This document shows, one piece after another, positions 14,490-24,963 of a DNA stretch of 32,962 nt (its first letter is position 1; the number at the start of each line of letters is the position of its first letter). The notes below the pieces were generated by a model, which saw only the letters and a program-made list of their open reading frames with translations, had not been told where the DNA came from and did no database searches. Position numbers and translations under genes: made by a program. The stretch spans positions 1 to 32,962 of the IMG/VR virus record IMGVR_UViG_3300002301_000008; one strand, written 5' to 3'. The stretch is from a virus.

Positions 14490-16724
14490 ATGGCATCTAA
14501 CAGTTTAGTTTCTATAGCTGATTTTGGGGTTAATTTAGGTTTAAATGATAATCTAACCCCTGCATTAATTGCAGTGGGTAATGAAATTAGAAAAACTGAA
14601 TCATATTTAAAATCTGCATTTGACGAAAAACAAGTAATTGAATACCAACAAGAATTAATAAGATTAAAGCAAATTTGGAATGAAGCAGGTGGAGCTGCTT
14701 TACAAGCGGGTATTCAACAAGAAAAAGCCGCACAAATGGCTGCTAAAGCTGCTGCGGATGAAGCTGCTCAACAAACTAAACTTGCTCAAGCTGCTGCTAA
14801 TGCTGCTGAAAAAGAAATTCAATTATCCAATGCAACAAATAATTTAAATCAAAATTCATATAATAACTTTAGAGCCATTGGTCAAGCTGATAGAATTACA
14901 AGAGAATTTGCAGCAGGTGGATTAACTCAAGGATTGAATGGATTAACAATGTTTGGTAATTCATTAACTCGTTTAGCAACACAAGAAGGCGGTTTTCAAA
15001 ATGCTTTAACTGGTCTTTTAGATGCATTTTCTGGTCCAGCAGGTATTGTATTAGTTGTATCAGCAGCAATTGGGATATTTGAACAACTTAGTAAAAAAGA
15101 ATCTGATGCAGAAAAAGCAAATAAAGAATTTGCTAAAAGTATAATTGATACAAACAAAGAAATTAAAGATGCTTTAAATTTACATAATAGTCAAATAACA
15201 ACAATGAAAGGTCTTGTTGCTATTGCAACTGATTATACAATTGCAGAAAATACAAGAGCAAAAGCATTAAAAGAAATAAAAATAGAATTAGAAAGTGTTA
15301 ATAAAGAAGAAGCAAAAAAATTAAAAACTACTGAACAAATAATTGGGGCATCAAATGCATATATTGAAGCTTTAAAATCTCAACAATTAGTAGAAGTATC
15401 AGGTAAAAAAATTGCTGAATTAACATTACAAATAGAAGAAGATAGAAATAAAATAGAATCAACTTCAGGCAAAGGTTTACATATCTTAGATATGCTTGGT
15501 TTGACTGAAACTGATATTGAAAAAGCTCAAAATAGAGTTATTCAAGCAGAAGGATTAAAAAGAAGATTAGAAGATATAAATAAATCAGCTTTAGTTCAAA
15601 CATTAAATAATCCATTTTCTTCTAATAATAAAAATGATAATGAAAAAGCACCTCCAAAGTTTACTGAAAATCTTGATTTACAAAATTTAAAAGAAAAGCA
15701 AAAATATTATAAAGATGACCTTGATAGTTATTATGAATATGGTGATAAAATAATTAAAAAAGAAGGTGAAATTGAAGAACAAAAAGCATTAAAATCAAAA
15801 TTAGGTGGTGATGCAATAAAACAAATTCAAGAAATAACAAACCAAAAATTGTTAAATAATGAATTAGAATTTATTGATGCTTATAGAAAACAAAATGATA
15901 TTTTTGATAAAGATAAATTAAAAGAAGCTGAAAAATCAGCTAAAGAAATTTATGAATCACAAGTATATTTTGCTAATCAAAGAATAAAAGCAATTGAAGG
16001 ACAAGTAAATGCGGAAACTAAATTATACACTGGGAATTATTTAAAACAAAAAGAAGCCATAAAAATTGCAATGGCTGAAATTGGTGCTATAATGGTTGCT
16101 ACAAACAATCCTAAAGCATTAATGGATTTAGCAAATGCTTTTGATTATCTTAATAATAAATTAAATGCTTTTGGAGGTGTTGGTAAAAAAATTACTGATA
16201 TAATTGACCAAATGATGATTTCAAGTTTTACAGCATTAGGAGAAACAATAGGTAATGCAATTTCAACAGGTAGTTTTGATTTTTCAGCAATTGGAGATAT
16301 AATTGCAAATGGATTGATACAAATAGGAACTGCTTTAATTGCCTTTGCTACTATGGAAGGTTTAGCTATTGATTCTTTAAAAGACCCAGCATTATGGCCT
16401 GTAGCTTTAGCAGGTGGGGTTTTAGCTGTTGCAGCAGGAACAGTATTAAAAAATTCTTTGCATCCTTCAGCATCTCCTAAAAAAATGGCTGAAGGCGGTA
16501 TTGTTAGCACTCCAACTTTTGCTATGATTGGCGAAGGTGGTCAAAGTGAAGCAGTATTACCTTTAAATAAATTAGGGAATATTGTAAACAATACATTTAA
16601 TGCAGGATTAATGAGCAATAACGGAGGCGGAGGAAATAATGGACAATTTATTTTGAGAGGGAATGATTTAGTTTTAGCTTTACAAAGGTCTAATTATTCA
16701 TTAAATCTTAGAAGAGGAGCATAA
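14490..16724 (+). CDS. Tape measure protein
   Basis: The protein is 744 aa with Ala/Gln-rich coiled coils, hydrophobic glycine-rich segments and a C-terminal GGIVSTPTFAMIGEGGQSEAVLPL motif. Confidence 0.85.
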   Translation: MASNSLVSIADFGVNLGLNDNLTPALIAVGNEIRKTESYLKSAFDEKQVIEYQQELIRLKQIWNEAGGAALQAGIQQEKAAQMAAKAAADEAAQQTKLAQAAANAAEKEIQLSNATNNLNQNSYNNFRAIGQADRITREFAAGGLTQGLNGLTMFGNSLTRLATQEGGFQNALTGLLDAFSGPAGIVLVVSAAIGIFEQLSKKESDAEKANKEFAKSIIDTNKEIKDALNLHNSQITTMKGLVAIATDYTIAENTRAKALKEIKIELESVNKEEAKKLKTTEQIIGASNAYIEALKSQQLVEVSGKKIAELTLQIEEDRNKIESTSGKGLHILDMLGLTETDIEKAQNRVIQAEGLKRRLEDINKSALVQTLNNPFSSNNKNDNEKAPPKFTENLDLQNLKEKQKYYKDDLDSYYEYGDKIIKKEGEIEEQKALKSKLGGDAIKQIQEITNQKLLNNELEFIDAYRKQNDIFDKDKLKEAEKSAKEIYESQVYFANQRIKAIEGQVNAETKLYTGNYLKQKEAIKIAMAEIGAIMVATNNPKALMDLANAFDYLNNKLNAFGGVGKKITDIIDQMMISSFTALGETIGNAISTGSFDFSAIGDIIANGLIQIGTALIAFATMEGLAIDSLKDPALWPVALAGGVLAVAAGTVLKNSLHPSASPKKMAEGGIVSTPTFAMIGEGGQSEAVLPLNKLGNIVNNTFNAGLMSNNGGGGNNGQFILRGNDLVLALQRSNYSLNLRRGA

Positions 16725-18646
16725 TGTCATATCAAGATAAATATAAAGCAACATTTGCAACAAAAGGCGGTAAAATAGCATATTTGTATTTACAAGAAGA
16801 TGGTTATAGCGGAAGCATAATACAATATCAAGGTATTGAATTAAATCTTCAATATATACCAACATCTGATGACCCATTTGAATCAATATATGTTAGCCAA
16901 TTAAATTGTATTTTGGATGTTACTGATGAAACAACTGGATTAACAAGTCCAAATATTCCAGATTTAACAACTTTAAATGATAGAAAATATTTTGCTAAAT
17001 TATTTTTAGATACAAACTTAGAGTGGTGTGGTTGGGTTTTATGCGATAGTATTAGATTAAATTATACAACAGGCAGAAAAGAATTAGCTTTTAATGCAAT
17101 AGATGGATTAGGTATGCTTAAAAGTATTTTATTACAAATAGATGCAACTGTTAATATTAATAATATAAATAATTTGATTTATTATATTAATAATTGTTTA
17201 AATTCTATTGGTTTCCCTATTAATTTAAATTTAAAAACCATATGTTCTTATTATGCTGCTAGTATGGATACAAGAGCAACGCATAGTTATAGTGAGCCTT
17301 TTATACAATCATATTTGCCTTATAGAACATTTATAGAAAATGGGGTGTATATTTCAAGTCTTGATGTTATTACAAATATTGTAAAATCATTTGGTTGTAG
17401 AATTTTTCAAGCAGGTGGCAAATGGTGGATAGTTTCAGTTAATGAATTTGCTAATATAAATGCATATTATACTGAATATGATTATACAGGAACAGTTGTT
17501 TCAAGTGGAACAATAAATACTTTAAGCACAATACAAGGTTATACTGGTAATACAAGTGGAGTATATTTTATAGATAATACTCAAACAAAATTATTAAAGA
17601 AAGGTTATAACAGGATTGAATCAAATGTAAATGTTGAAACTTCTGAAAATTATTTTTCTAATAGCACATTTAGACCTTACGTTGGTAATCAAGCAAGTAA
17701 TTGGAATGCTTACGCTAATGGTGGGTTAGGCAATTCAGCAGTTATAATAGACAACACTACAGAAGCATTTGCTCAATATAGATTAAATATAGGAACAACT
17801 ACAGGAAGCAATGCATATTTTGAAATTAAATCTACATCATACCCTAAAATAACAAGTGGTGTATTATTAGAATTCTCTTGGATATTTCAAGGTCAAGATA
17901 TGAGTTCTTATCCTAGAGGTTTTGTATATATTCAAATATATGACGGTACTTATTCATATTGGTGGAATGGGACTGCTTGGGTAACAACTTCGCAATTTTG
18001 TGTAGTACCTGCTTATACAGGGGCTAGTGGTAGCGATATTAATTCTTATACTATAAAAACTGCGATAACTCCATTAAGTGGAAGTTTGCATTTTAAATAT
18101 TCTTTAGAAGGTGGGACAGGAAATTTTGTTCAAATAAGTAATGTTAGTTTAAAAATTACTCCATTAATTAAAACAATAGATTATTATAATTATATAACAT
18201 CAAATATTGAATATGTTAAAAATATAACTATTCCTTATGGTGGTTATACAAGTTATGGAGTATATCCAATAGAAAAAGGAATTATACAATTAAGCAATGG
18301 ATATAATGCAACGGATTGGTTTGAATATGGTTCATCAACAACTTATCCAAGTTTATTGTCATTAATAATGCAAAAATATATTAACATTTTTGGTAATAAT
18401 ATAATAAATGTAGATTGTTCTTTATCAAGTTTTGATACTGCAAATGGTATATTAAATGCTTCAAAATTATTGAAATCTACAGACAATGACCCTGCTCAAG
18501 TAAATATATCCAACAATTCATATATGTTAGGTAATGCAACTATTAATTATACAAAAGATGAAACACAGGCAAGTTTATTACAAATTTCAAATATTGATAT
18601 TACAAATACAAGTAATTATCTAATAACATATAATACGTTAATTTAA
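16724..18646 (+). CDS. Tail tip / distal tail structural protein (putative)
   Basis: The protein is 640 aa. Its ATG overlaps the tape measure stop, which is the usual position of Dit-like proteins. Confidence 0.5.
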   Translation: MSYQDKYKATFATKGGKIAYLYLQEDGYSGSIIQYQGIELNLQYIPTSDDPFESIYVSQLNCILDVTDETTGLTSPNIPDLTTLNDRKYFAKLFLDTNLEWCGWVLCDSIRLNYTTGRKELAFNAIDGLGMLKSILLQIDATVNINNINNLIYYINNCLNSIGFPINLNLKTICSYYAASMDTRATHSYSEPFIQSYLPYRTFIENGVYISSLDVITNIVKSFGCRIFQAGGKWWIVSVNEFANINAYYTEYDYTGTVVSSGTINTLSTIQGYTGNTSGVYFIDNTQTKLLKKGYNRIESNVNVETSENYFSNSTFRPYVGNQASNWNAYANGGLGNSAVIIDNTTEAFAQYRLNIGTTTGSNAYFEIKSTSYPKITSGVLLEFSWIFQGQDMSSYPRGFVYIQIYDGTYSYWWNGTAWVTTSQFCVVPAYTGASGSDINSYTIKTAITPLSGSLHFKYSLEGGTGNFVQISNVSLKITPLIKTIDYYNYITSNIEYVKNITIPYGGYTSYGVYPIEKGIIQLSNGYNATDWFEYGSSTTYPSLLSLIMQKYINIFGNNIINVDCSLSSFDTANGILNASKLLKSTDNDPAQVNISNNSYMLGNATINYTKDETQASLLQISNIDITNTSNYLITYNTLI

Positions 18647-18647
18647 C

Positions 18648-18655
18648 TAAATTTG
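18648..18655 (+). promoter_or_regulatory. Candidate -7 box TAAATTTG
   Basis: It matches TAnnTTTG, with 4 nt between the box and ATG 18660. Confidence 0.3.
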
Positions 18656-18659
18656 TAAT

Positions 18660-19343
18660 ATGAATAATGTAGCTGGTAAAAATATAATGTTGTACTATCA
18701 CAATCCGATAACTAATACGGATATTCCTTTTGCGTGTTCAACAAATTGCACTTTTAGTGTTCAAGTAGGGCAAAAAGAAGTTACAAGCCAAACATCAGCT
18801 TGGTACAAAGAATTTAAAAATGATATTGCTTCTTGGACTATTTCTTGCGATGGTTTAATAACTTTAGAAAACTATGGTTATTTATATCTTTTAAACTTAC
18901 AACAATCTAGGGCATCAATACAAGTTAAATTTGTGGTTGACAACGGAACTTTAGGATTAGTAATTATTTCAGGCACTTGCAATTTGACAAGTTTACAAAT
19001 AAATGGTCCTTGGAAAGATGTAGCAACTTACGCAGTTAGTTTACAAGGAACAGGTGCTTATGGAACGACAGGTACTTCAGTAACTCCAGGTGGAACAGTT
19101 ATCGTTGGGGGTGGGGTAGTTTCAGATAAACAATATACGGCAGCAGGTGGCGAAACAACAATTACTTGGACGGATATGATAGGCAAAACTTGTCTTTATG
19201 TTTCAAGAGGCGGAATAGATGTAAGAGATATTTTAACTACAACTCCTTCGGGTGAGCAAGTGCAATGGAACTCTACAACTGGAGTGCTTACATTTGCAAG
19301 GGCTTTGGAATCAGATGAATTTATTAGAGGACTTTTACAATAA
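18660..19343 (+). CDS. Tail / baseplate structural protein (putative)
   Basis: The protein is 227 aa, appears beta-rich, and lies between the tail-tip protein and the fibre. Confidence 0.45.
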   Translation: MNNVAGKNIMLYYHNPITNTDIPFACSTNCTFSVQVGQKEVTSQTSAWYKEFKNDIASWTISCDGLITLENYGYLYLLNLQQSRASIQVKFVVDNGTLGLVIISGTCNLTSLQINGPWKDVATYAVSLQGTGAYGTTGTSVTPGGTVIVGGGVVSDKQYTAAGGETTITWTDMIGKTCLYVSRGGIDVRDILTTTPSGEQVQWNSTTGVLTFARALESDEFIRGLLQ

Positions 19344-19348
19344 TTAAT

Positions 19349-22300
19349 ATGAGCAATCAAATACAAATAACAGGTGGAGCAAAAGTAAGAGCATTAGATG
19401 GTGTTATAACAGGGACAACTGGTGTTTTATCTAGTGTGCCTTTAGGTGGTGCTAATGGTGTTGCTACATTGGATTCAAGCGGTAAAGTGCCATTGGCTCA
19501 ACTTCCTGCTTCAGTATTTGAATATAAAGGAACTTGGAACGCAACAACAAATACTCCTTATTTAGTTAATGGAGTGGGAACAAGCGGTTGGGTTTATGTA
19601 GTTTCGGTTGGTGGGTTACACGATTTTGGTGCAGGTTCAATTTTGTTTTTAGTAGGTGACCAAGTTTTATATGATGGCTCAATTTGGGAAAGGTCAAGCG
19701 GTGCAACAGGTACAGTTACTTCGGTGGCTTTGACTGCTCCTTCAGCTTTTAATGTTTCGGGTTCTCCTATTACAACTTCGGGAACTTTAGCAATTACAGG
19801 TGCAGGTACAACAAGTCAATATATTAACGGAGCAGGTTCTTTGACCACATTCCCATCTTTGACTGGTTTTGTGCCTTATACTGGTGCTACAAATGATTTA
19901 AACTTAGGTACTCATAATTTATTTGCTAATAACTTATTTGATGGTTTTATTAATGTAGCAGCTTCAGGAAGTCAAATTGTTTTAACAATCGCTTCAACTC
20001 CTTCTTATACTATAACAGGTTCAGGAGGACAAACAATTAAATTACCAGATGCAACAACTTTGCCTAATGGTGCGATATTTTCTTTTAACAATAATCAAAG
20101 TAGTGGTGCAATAACGGTAAATAATAACTCTAATACTTTAGTAGTTTCAGTTCCTTCAGGTGGATTTGCAGAAGTAGTTTTATTAGATAATTCTATTGCA
20201 GCAGGTTCTTGGGATAGGCATTTTAAAGCACCTTCAAATGTAAGTTGGTCAACTAATACTTTAGATTATGCAGGTTCTATAACAAGTGCAACTTGGAATG
20301 GTAATGTAGTGGCAATAAATAGAGGTGGCACAGGTTCATCAACTCAAAACTTTGTTGATTTAACTACTACTCAAACAATAGGAGGAGCAAAGACTTTTAG
20401 TTCTTCTTTGACTGCAAGTAGTTTAATAAAAACAGGTGGTACTTCAAGTCAGTTTCTAAAAGCAGATGGAAGTGTTGATTCAAGTTCTTATATTACTTTA
20501 ACTTCTTTAAGTTTTACTGCTGGTTCAGGTGCTTATAATAATACAACAGGAGTTATAACTATTCCAACTAATAATAACCAAATTACAAACGGCTCTAACT
20601 TTATTACTTTAGGTTCTATAAATGCAAGCAATCCAATTTTTTATTCTGCAACTTATGGAACTATTTCTATTCAAGTTGCTAATTCAACTCAAAGTGGATA
20701 TTTAACAAGCACGGATTGGAATACTTTTAATTCTAAAGGAAGCGGAACAGTTACTTCGGTTGCTATGAGTGTACCTACTGGACTTTCAATTTCAGGTTCA
20801 CCTATCACTACAAGTGGAACTTTAGCAGTTACTTTAACTACTGGATATTCTATTCCTACAACAAGTTCTCAAACTAATTGGGATACTGCTTATACAAATA
20901 GAATTACAAGTGCAACTGCACCTTTAAGTATTACATCAAATGTTATTTCAATAAGTCAAGCGACTACTTCAACAAGCGGTTATTTAAGTTCTACGGATTG
21001 GAATACTTTTAACGGCAAACAAAATACTTTAATTGCTGCAGATGCAACACACGATGGATATTTAACAAGTGCGAATTGGGTTACTTTTAATGCTAAACAA
21101 TCTGCGATTACTTTAACCACAACGGGTTCAAGTGGTGGTGCAACTTTTGTAACAAATACTTTAAACGTTCCTACTTATACTTTGGCGGGTTTAGGTGGGC
21201 AACCACAATTAAACGGAACGGGATTTGTTAAAGCAAGTGGAACGACAATTAGTTACGATAACTCAACTTACTTAACAGGAAACCAAACAATTACCTTAAG
21301 TGGTGATATAAGTGGTAGTGGTGCAACTGCCATAACAACAACCATAGGTGCTTTAAAGGTCACTAATGGAATGTTAGCGGGTACTATCAACTATTCTAAG
21401 ATGGATGCTACAACCGTACCTACTTGGAATCAAAGTACAACGGGAACGGCTGCTAATATTACTGCAACAAGCAACGCAACTTTAACTACTTTATCTGCTT
21501 TATCACTTCCTTATAGTCAATTAACAGGTATACCTACTTTAAGCTACTTACCATTAGCGGGCGGAATAATGACCGGTCAAATAGTAATAAAGCAATCAAG
21601 TTCATCGACTGATTATACAAATGGGATTAAATTTCCTGACAATGCTTTTGGTGGCGGTGGGGATGTTGCGGGATTAAGATTATATGCTTCATCAGGTGAA
21701 AACCAAGTTTTAGAAATGTATGTTGGGAATGACGCTACCGATGTAATAAATTTTGCAACGGGAGTAGGCGGAACGGCTAACAATAACGCTGTAACTATTA
21801 ACGGAAATATTATTTATAATGCCGCAAATAGTAATACAATTACTTCATTAGGAACAATTGGAACGGGGGTTTGGAATGGTAGTGCAATAACCGATACTTA
21901 TATTTCAAGTGCTTCAACTTGGAACGCTAAACAAAATGCTATTACATTAACCACAACAGGAACAAGTGGTGCAGCTACCTTTAGTGCAAACACTTTAAAT
22001 ATTCCTAACTATGGTAGTGCATTAAGTGGTTACCTTCCTTTAACAGGGGGTACTTTAACAGGTGCATTGAGTGGAACAAGTGCGGTTTTTACAGTTGGTA
22101 ATTTATCAACTACAATAAATGCAAATAGTGGCAATTGGATTTCTAATTCATTAAAAAGTGATTTAGCTAATAACTCAACATTGCCAATAATTAATGGTAA
22201 AGCTAACAGTGCAAACAATGCTTATACTATAATTTATAATCATATATCCGATGGTAGTTCAAGTAACTTTTTAGGATTAGGATTTTATGGAGCAGATAAT

Positions 22301-23728
22301 TTATTAAAATTAAACGCTTCAGGCAATTTAGGTTTAGGTGTTACACCGAGTGCGTGGAATGGAATATACAAAGTAACAGAAATAGGAACTGCGGCTATAT
22401 TTGGTACATCATCATATAATAGTGCAGCATTTTCAACTAATGTTTTTTATAATTCAGCTAATTCACCAAGATATATTGCTAATGATTTTTCTAATATGTA
22501 TTGGCAAGATGATGGCAATCATATTTGGTATAATGCTCCTTCAGGAACGGCAGGTAACGCTATTACTTTCACCCAAGCAATGACCTTAACGGCTAGTGGT
22601 AGATTATTAATAAATAAAACTAATGAAGAAACTTATCAGCTAGATGTAAACGGAACGGGTAGGTTTGTGGGTAATGTTACAGGAACTTCTTTTATTCATT
22701 ATGTTAACTCAAGTTATAATGCTACAAGTTCTATTTATGGAGTATCATACAATTATGGCTCAAGTGAAACTTCGGATGGCGTTACATATTCAATAACAGG
22801 TGGAAGTGCAGCAACAACTGGTAACTTTTTTACTTGGAAAACTCAAACAGGCGGTGGCACACCATCTACGGTTTTTACAATAGCTAAAACAGGTGCAGCT
22901 ACATTCTCAAGTAGTGTAACGGCAGTAGGTGGAAATATGCTTATTGCTCCTGATGCTAACTATTCAGGTTATTCTGCTATTGGATTTGGTGGAAGTGTTG
23001 CAAATGGGGGTGCTAAAATATTTGCAGCAAATGCAGGTAATGATGCACTTTATATTGCTGGACCAACAGGGCAAGGTGTTACATTAAGAGTAAATGGAAC
23101 TACTGAGATAGTTAAATTCCTTTCTAATGGTAATACATTATTAGGTAATAGCGGTGGCAACGTAGGTATTGGTACAAGTAGTCCAAGTTACAAATTAGAT
23201 ATAAGTGCAACTGGATATGGAATTCAGCATTATGCAAATGGGAGCAATTATTTAAGAACTTATTGTGGTAGTAGTTATCAAATTATAGAATCAAATGGAA
23301 CTAATCAATTTGGTTATGTAGGTGGTGATTTCTTTGTACAAACATCAGCTACCGAAAGAATGCGTATTACAAGTGGGGGAAATGTATTAATAGGAACTAC
23401 AACAGATGCTACAGGTAAACTTCAAGTAAACGGAACAGTATATGCAACAGGGTTTTATGAAAGTTCAGATATTCGACTTAAAACCATTTTAGAAAAAAAT
23501 CCTATAGTTGATTTAAAAGGCATCGAAGTAATTAAATTCACAAGAAATGATTCAGATATTAATCAAGTAAGATATGGGTATTCTGCACAAGAAGTACAAT
23601 CAATTTGTTCTGATTTAGTTTCAGGGAATGATTTTTTAAATGTAAACTATATTGATGTTCATACTCTTAAAATAGCAGCTTTAGAACAAGAAATAAAAGA
23701 ATTAAAAACTCTGCTAAATGAAAAGTAA
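19349..23728 (+). CDS. Tail fibre / receptor-binding protein with internal repeats and a C-terminal S74 intramolecular chaperone domain
   Basis: The protein is 1459 aa with an N-terminal GANGVATLDSSGKVPLAQLP motif. GTVTSVA..SGSPITTSGTLA occurs twice and GYL(T/S)S.(D/N)W.TFN three times. The C-terminus reads SSDIRLKTIL...YGYSAQEV...LEQEIKELK. Confidence 0.85.
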   Translation: MSNQIQITGGAKVRALDGVITGTTGVLSSVPLGGANGVATLDSSGKVPLAQLPASVFEYKGTWNATTNTPYLVNGVGTSGWVYVVSVGGLHDFGAGSILFLVGDQVLYDGSIWERSSGATGTVTSVALTAPSAFNVSGSPITTSGTLAITGAGTTSQYINGAGSLTTFPSLTGFVPYTGATNDLNLGTHNLFANNLFDGFINVAASGSQIVLTIASTPSYTITGSGGQTIKLPDATTLPNGAIFSFNNNQSSGAITVNNNSNTLVVSVPSGGFAEVVLLDNSIAAGSWDRHFKAPSNVSWSTNTLDYAGSITSATWNGNVVAINRGGTGSSTQNFVDLTTTQTIGGAKTFSSSLTASSLIKTGGTSSQFLKADGSVDSSSYITLTSLSFTAGSGAYNNTTGVITIPTNNNQITNGSNFITLGSINASNPIFYSATYGTISIQVANSTQSGYLTSTDWNTFNSKGSGTVTSVAMSVPTGLSISGSPITTSGTLAVTLTTGYSIPTTSSQTNWDTAYTNRITSATAPLSITSNVISISQATTSTSGYLSSTDWNTFNGKQNTLIAADATHDGYLTSANWVTFNAKQSAITLTTTGSSGGATFVTNTLNVPTYTLAGLGGQPQLNGTGFVKASGTTISYDNSTYLTGNQTITLSGDISGSGATAITTTIGALKVTNGMLAGTINYSKMDATTVPTWNQSTTGTAANITATSNATLTTLSALSLPYSQLTGIPTLSYLPLAGGIMTGQIVIKQSSSSTDYTNGIKFPDNAFGGGGDVAGLRLYASSGENQVLEMYVGNDATDVINFATGVGGTANNNAVTINGNIIYNAANSNTITSLGTIGTGVWNGSAITDTYISSASTWNAKQNAITLTTTGTSGAATFSANTLNIPNYGSALSGYLPLTGGTLTGALSGTSAVFTVGNLSTTINANSGNWISNSLKSDLANNSTLPIINGKANSANNAYTIIYNHISDGSSSNFLGLGFYGADNLLKLNASGNLGLGVTPSAWNGIYKVTEIGTAAIFGTSSYNSAAFSTNVFYNSANSPRYIANDFSNMYWQDDGNHIWYNAPSGTAGNAITFTQAMTLTASGRLLINKTNEETYQLDVNGTGRFVGNVTGTSFIHYVNSSYNATSSIYGVSYNYGSSETSDGVTYSITGGSAATTGNFFTWKTQTGGGTPSTVFTIAKTGAATFSSSVTAVGGNMLIAPDANYSGYSAIGFGGSVANGGAKIFAANAGNDALYIAGPTGQGVTLRVNGTTEIVKFLSNGNTLLGNSGGNVGIGTSSPSYKLDISATGYGIQHYANGSNYLRTYCGSSYQIIESNGTNQFGYVGGDFFVQTSATERMRITSGGNVLIGTTTDATGKLQVNGTVYATGFYESSDIRLKTILEKNPIVDLKGIEVIKFTRNDSDINQVRYGYSAQEVQSICSDLVSGNDFLNVNYIDVHTLKIAALEQEIKELKTLLNEK
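23462..23725 (+). other. Peptidase S74-type self-cleaving chaperone domain of the fibre
   Basis: The last 88 aa start at SSDIRLK, matching the (S/T)D.RLK signature of endosialidase-type chaperone domains. Confidence 0.7.
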
Positions 23729-24539
23729 TAATTATTTAGTTACATATGATGACTTAACCACTATGGGGCTTACCACTAAAAGTACCCCACCAACAGGTAA
23801 TCGTATAGCTACTAAAAGCTTTATTAACACTTACTATTATGTAAATAATACAGGAGCTTTTGCAAGTTATGCAAATAATCAATGTGTAATGTATCAAGAT
23901 ATAGTTGGCATAGTACCTAGTAGTGCAACATTTTATTATACTACTATAAATACTAATGCTAATCCTGTACAAGTAACTGGGTTTGCTGGAGATGGCTCAC
24001 AAGCATGTGCTCATGCTAGTGGTGGTAGCATTACAGCTTATTATTATGGTTCATTTGGGAATGGAACTGCATTGTTTTATGATACAAGTGGAACTTTCTT
24101 ACTTTCTGATGGTAATTATTTTTCAATGAATGGCTCTAGTTTTTTATTAGATGGTGCTTCTATATATAGTATATCTGCCTGCGCACCAACAACATATTCA
24201 GTAACTATACATGCAAAACAAAATGCAACTCATAGTGGAAGATATGTATGGTATTCTACTAATGGAGGTTCTTCATATACTAGAATTACATCCCCTGCTG
24301 TAACAACTTCAGACCAATCATTTGGCTCAATAACAGTAAACTCAGGAACTACAATAATTCTTGCAATAGGAGATAGTGTAGATATAAACGATGGAACTAC
24401 AGCAGCCTCTGTTGGGGTTGGAGCATATGCAGCATTACCATCAAGTTGCCCGGGAAGGGTAAGTCCTCCAGCAATATATGCAAATCAAACAGTATATTTA
24501 TATGGTAATTCTAGTGGTTATGATTTAGCATGTACATAA
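23718..24539 (+). CDS. Hypothetical late protein; possible fibre accessory or receptor-binding protein
   Basis: The ORF track gives 273 aa, rich in Ser, Thr, Gly and Tyr. It overlaps the fibre gene by 11 nt. Confidence 0.5.
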   Translation: MKSNNYLVTYDDLTTMGLTTKSTPPTGNRIATKSFINTYYYVNNTGAFASYANNQCVMYQDIVGIVPSSATFYYTTINTNANPVQVTGFAGDGSQACAHASGGSITAYYYGSFGNGTALFYDTSGTFLLSDGNYFSMNGSSFLLDGASIYSISACAPTTYSVTIHAKQNATHSGRYVWYSTNGGSSYTRITSPAVTTSDQSFGSITVNSGTTIILAIGDSVDINDGTTAASVGVGAYAALPSSCPGRVSPPAIYANQTVYLYGNSSGYDLACT

Positions 24540-24567
24540 TATTAAAACAATAAAAATAAAATAAAAA

Positions 24568-24888
24568 ATGAAACAAATCTCTCCTATCCAAAGTTGGATA
24601 AACGGAAAATCAGTATCAGCTACAATATTAAATGCTTATGCAATTAACGTAGCATTAGGAACAAGTGCAACATTCTACTACGCTTTATTAGACTCTAATT
24701 TAGCAGGTGTTGCTCAAGGTAACTTAACAATGACAGGCGAAGCATACACACAATGGACAACGGATAATATTGCGTGGGATTGGATTGCAGAACAACTTAA
24801 CCTTACAATCATAGGAGATTATGTTCCACCTGTGCCTGAAGTTGCTGAATTAGATACTTATGGAATAGAACCACAACCATCATTATAG
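24568..24888 (+). CDS. Hypothetical late protein
   Basis: The ORF track gives 106 aa. Confidence 0.5.
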   Translation: MKQISPIQSWINGKSVSATILNAYAINVALGTSATFYYALLDSNLAGVAQGNLTMTGEAYTQWTTDNIAWDWIAEQLNLTIIGDYVPPVPEVAELDTYGIEPQPSL

Positions 24889-24926
24889 CGACATTTTGTG
24901 CGACATTATTTAATTTATGCGACATT
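24888..24926 (+). repeat. Three direct copies of GCGACATT (24888, 24900, 24919); candidate regulator binding sites
   Basis: Read directly. A fourth copy lies at 29203..29210 within the shared 17-18 nt string CATTAT(A)GCGACATTTTG. An inverted TGTCGC lies at 29322..29327. Confidence 0.6.
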
Positions 24927-24941
24927 TTCATAATAAGTTAT

Positions 24942-24949
24942 TAATTTTG
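24942..24949 (+). promoter_or_regulatory. Candidate -7 box TAATTTTG. The third GCGACATT copy occupies the position where a -33 element would be.
   Basis: It matches TAnnTTTG, with 14 nt between the box and ATG 24964. Confidence 0.35.
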
Positions 24950-24963
24950 GCAAAACTAATATA

